Source: Macrostomum lignano
Lineage: Eukaryota
Assembly: GCA_002269645.1 (NCBI GenBank)
Contig: NIVC01000001.1
Location: 1,488,001 to 1,552,000 of the forward strand
Length of the DNA: 64,000 nucleotides
Direction: 5' to 3'
Below are positions 63,140 through 64,000 of the stretch, in pieces (position 1 is the stretch's first letter; each line of letters begins with the position of its first letter). Made by a program: the position numbers and the translations under genes. Under the pieces are notes generated by a model. The model did not search any database and was not told the DNA's origin. It was given only the letters and a program-made list of their open reading frames with translations.

Positions 63140-64000
63140 TGATGTTTTCCTTACTACCAAGACTTTCTTAGTAATCAAGGAACAATCACTTCTAGCCACT
63201 GCTAGGCAACCCAGTAATCAACTGAAGGTATTTGTTACCTTGAGTCCTGTTTTGCAGAGCGCTTCCGGTGAGTAGTTCTCGCTTTAACTCAGTTGAGGAT
63301 ATCCTGTCGACTGGTAAATCAGGCGTCTCGCTTCCAAGATCTAGGTCCTAGTTCCTCAAGTATTCCTTGGATTCGTTTCCGGCCGGTATCAATGCGGTTT
63401 TAAATAAGCCTTCTCCTTCTAGCAGTGCCTTAATGCACTCTAGGTATAGCTCCGGTAATCGCTGATAGTCCTCTAAGATCTATCAGGGTAGTCTTTCTGG
63501 AGACTACAACCAATGGAGTCGTAATAGACTCAAACTCAATACAAGTGAGACGTCTCAAACAACGGGCGCAAATGAGCAAGGTTTACCGCAAGAACTCGGA
63601 AGAGTCTCAGTAGGAAGTCTTCAGGTTGCTTCCTCTTCAGAGCTTCTCCTTCCGGAGACCGGTTGTGGCTCCGGGTCCGCTTCGGACCACTTGTATTTAT
63701 AGAGAAACAGACCCCTCGTGAGGTCGTCCATCACCTTTTCGTAAATGTCAAAGGGTCACGCTTTGGTTGCTGTCAGGCATGGCAAGATAGAAAATTTTGC
63801 CACTGGTTTACTGTAGAAGCGCATGATTGGTCACGGCAGCAGGGTTATTTTTGGTTACCTTTGATTGGTTTATCTGAGTGCATACTGTATGATGAATCAT
63901 AGATGGGGTTTGTTCTTGACAATTGTAGGTCACACGTGATTGGTTAGGTACTGCAAATAACATGTTCGGGTTTTCTTCTTTCCAATTAGTTGACAAAATG
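63140..64000 (-). mobile_element. Second LTR-like insertion beginning TGATGT; extends beyond the window
   Basis: Homology to duplication unit A stops at ACCA|TGATGT. Minus-strand TATA (CTATAAATA 63694-63702) with upstream CCAAT boxes (63825, 63863, 63938) and a CACGTG. The right end is not visible. Confidence 0.5.

Overview
This is eukaryotic, intron-rich animal DNA. It most resembles a free-living flatworm such as Macrostomum; that is an inference from the minisatellite-filled introns and GC-rich exons. Host genes reconstructed from splice sites and phases: (1) a minus-strand type-III classical cadherin of the DN-cadherin kind, with 10 exons at 21261-302, running off the left edge; (2) a plus-strand C/EBP-family bZIP gene at 32534-35525; (3) a minus-strand band-4.1/FERM gene with 10 exons at 46246-36813; (4) an intronless, highly divergent Arf-like GTPase at 52991-53833; (5) two tandem, intronless secreted PAN/apple + LamG-like paralogues at 54912-55979 and 59257-60315. 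Mobile DNA: a full-length APE-RT-RNaseH LINE with a 13-bp TSD (13502-18880) and two 5'-truncated relatives; a tRNA-derived CORE-SINE; a decayed hAT transposase; a probable decayed DIRS-type recombinase; four copies of a ~190-bp interspersed repeat; and more than 20 distinct mini/microsatellites. The most striking structure is a nested stack at 47-52 kb. A 4.2-kb element with TGATGTAACC...GGTTACATCA ends and a CTGT target duplication splits a minisatellite. It carries its own TATA/CCAAT/CRE/AP-1 promoter and contains a Crypton-type tyrosine-recombinase element with symmetric ends. Also notable is a ~10-kb CpG-eroded domain (21.4-32.1 kb) with a CpG-retaining island in its middle. All homology calls are from motif recognition, not database searches.
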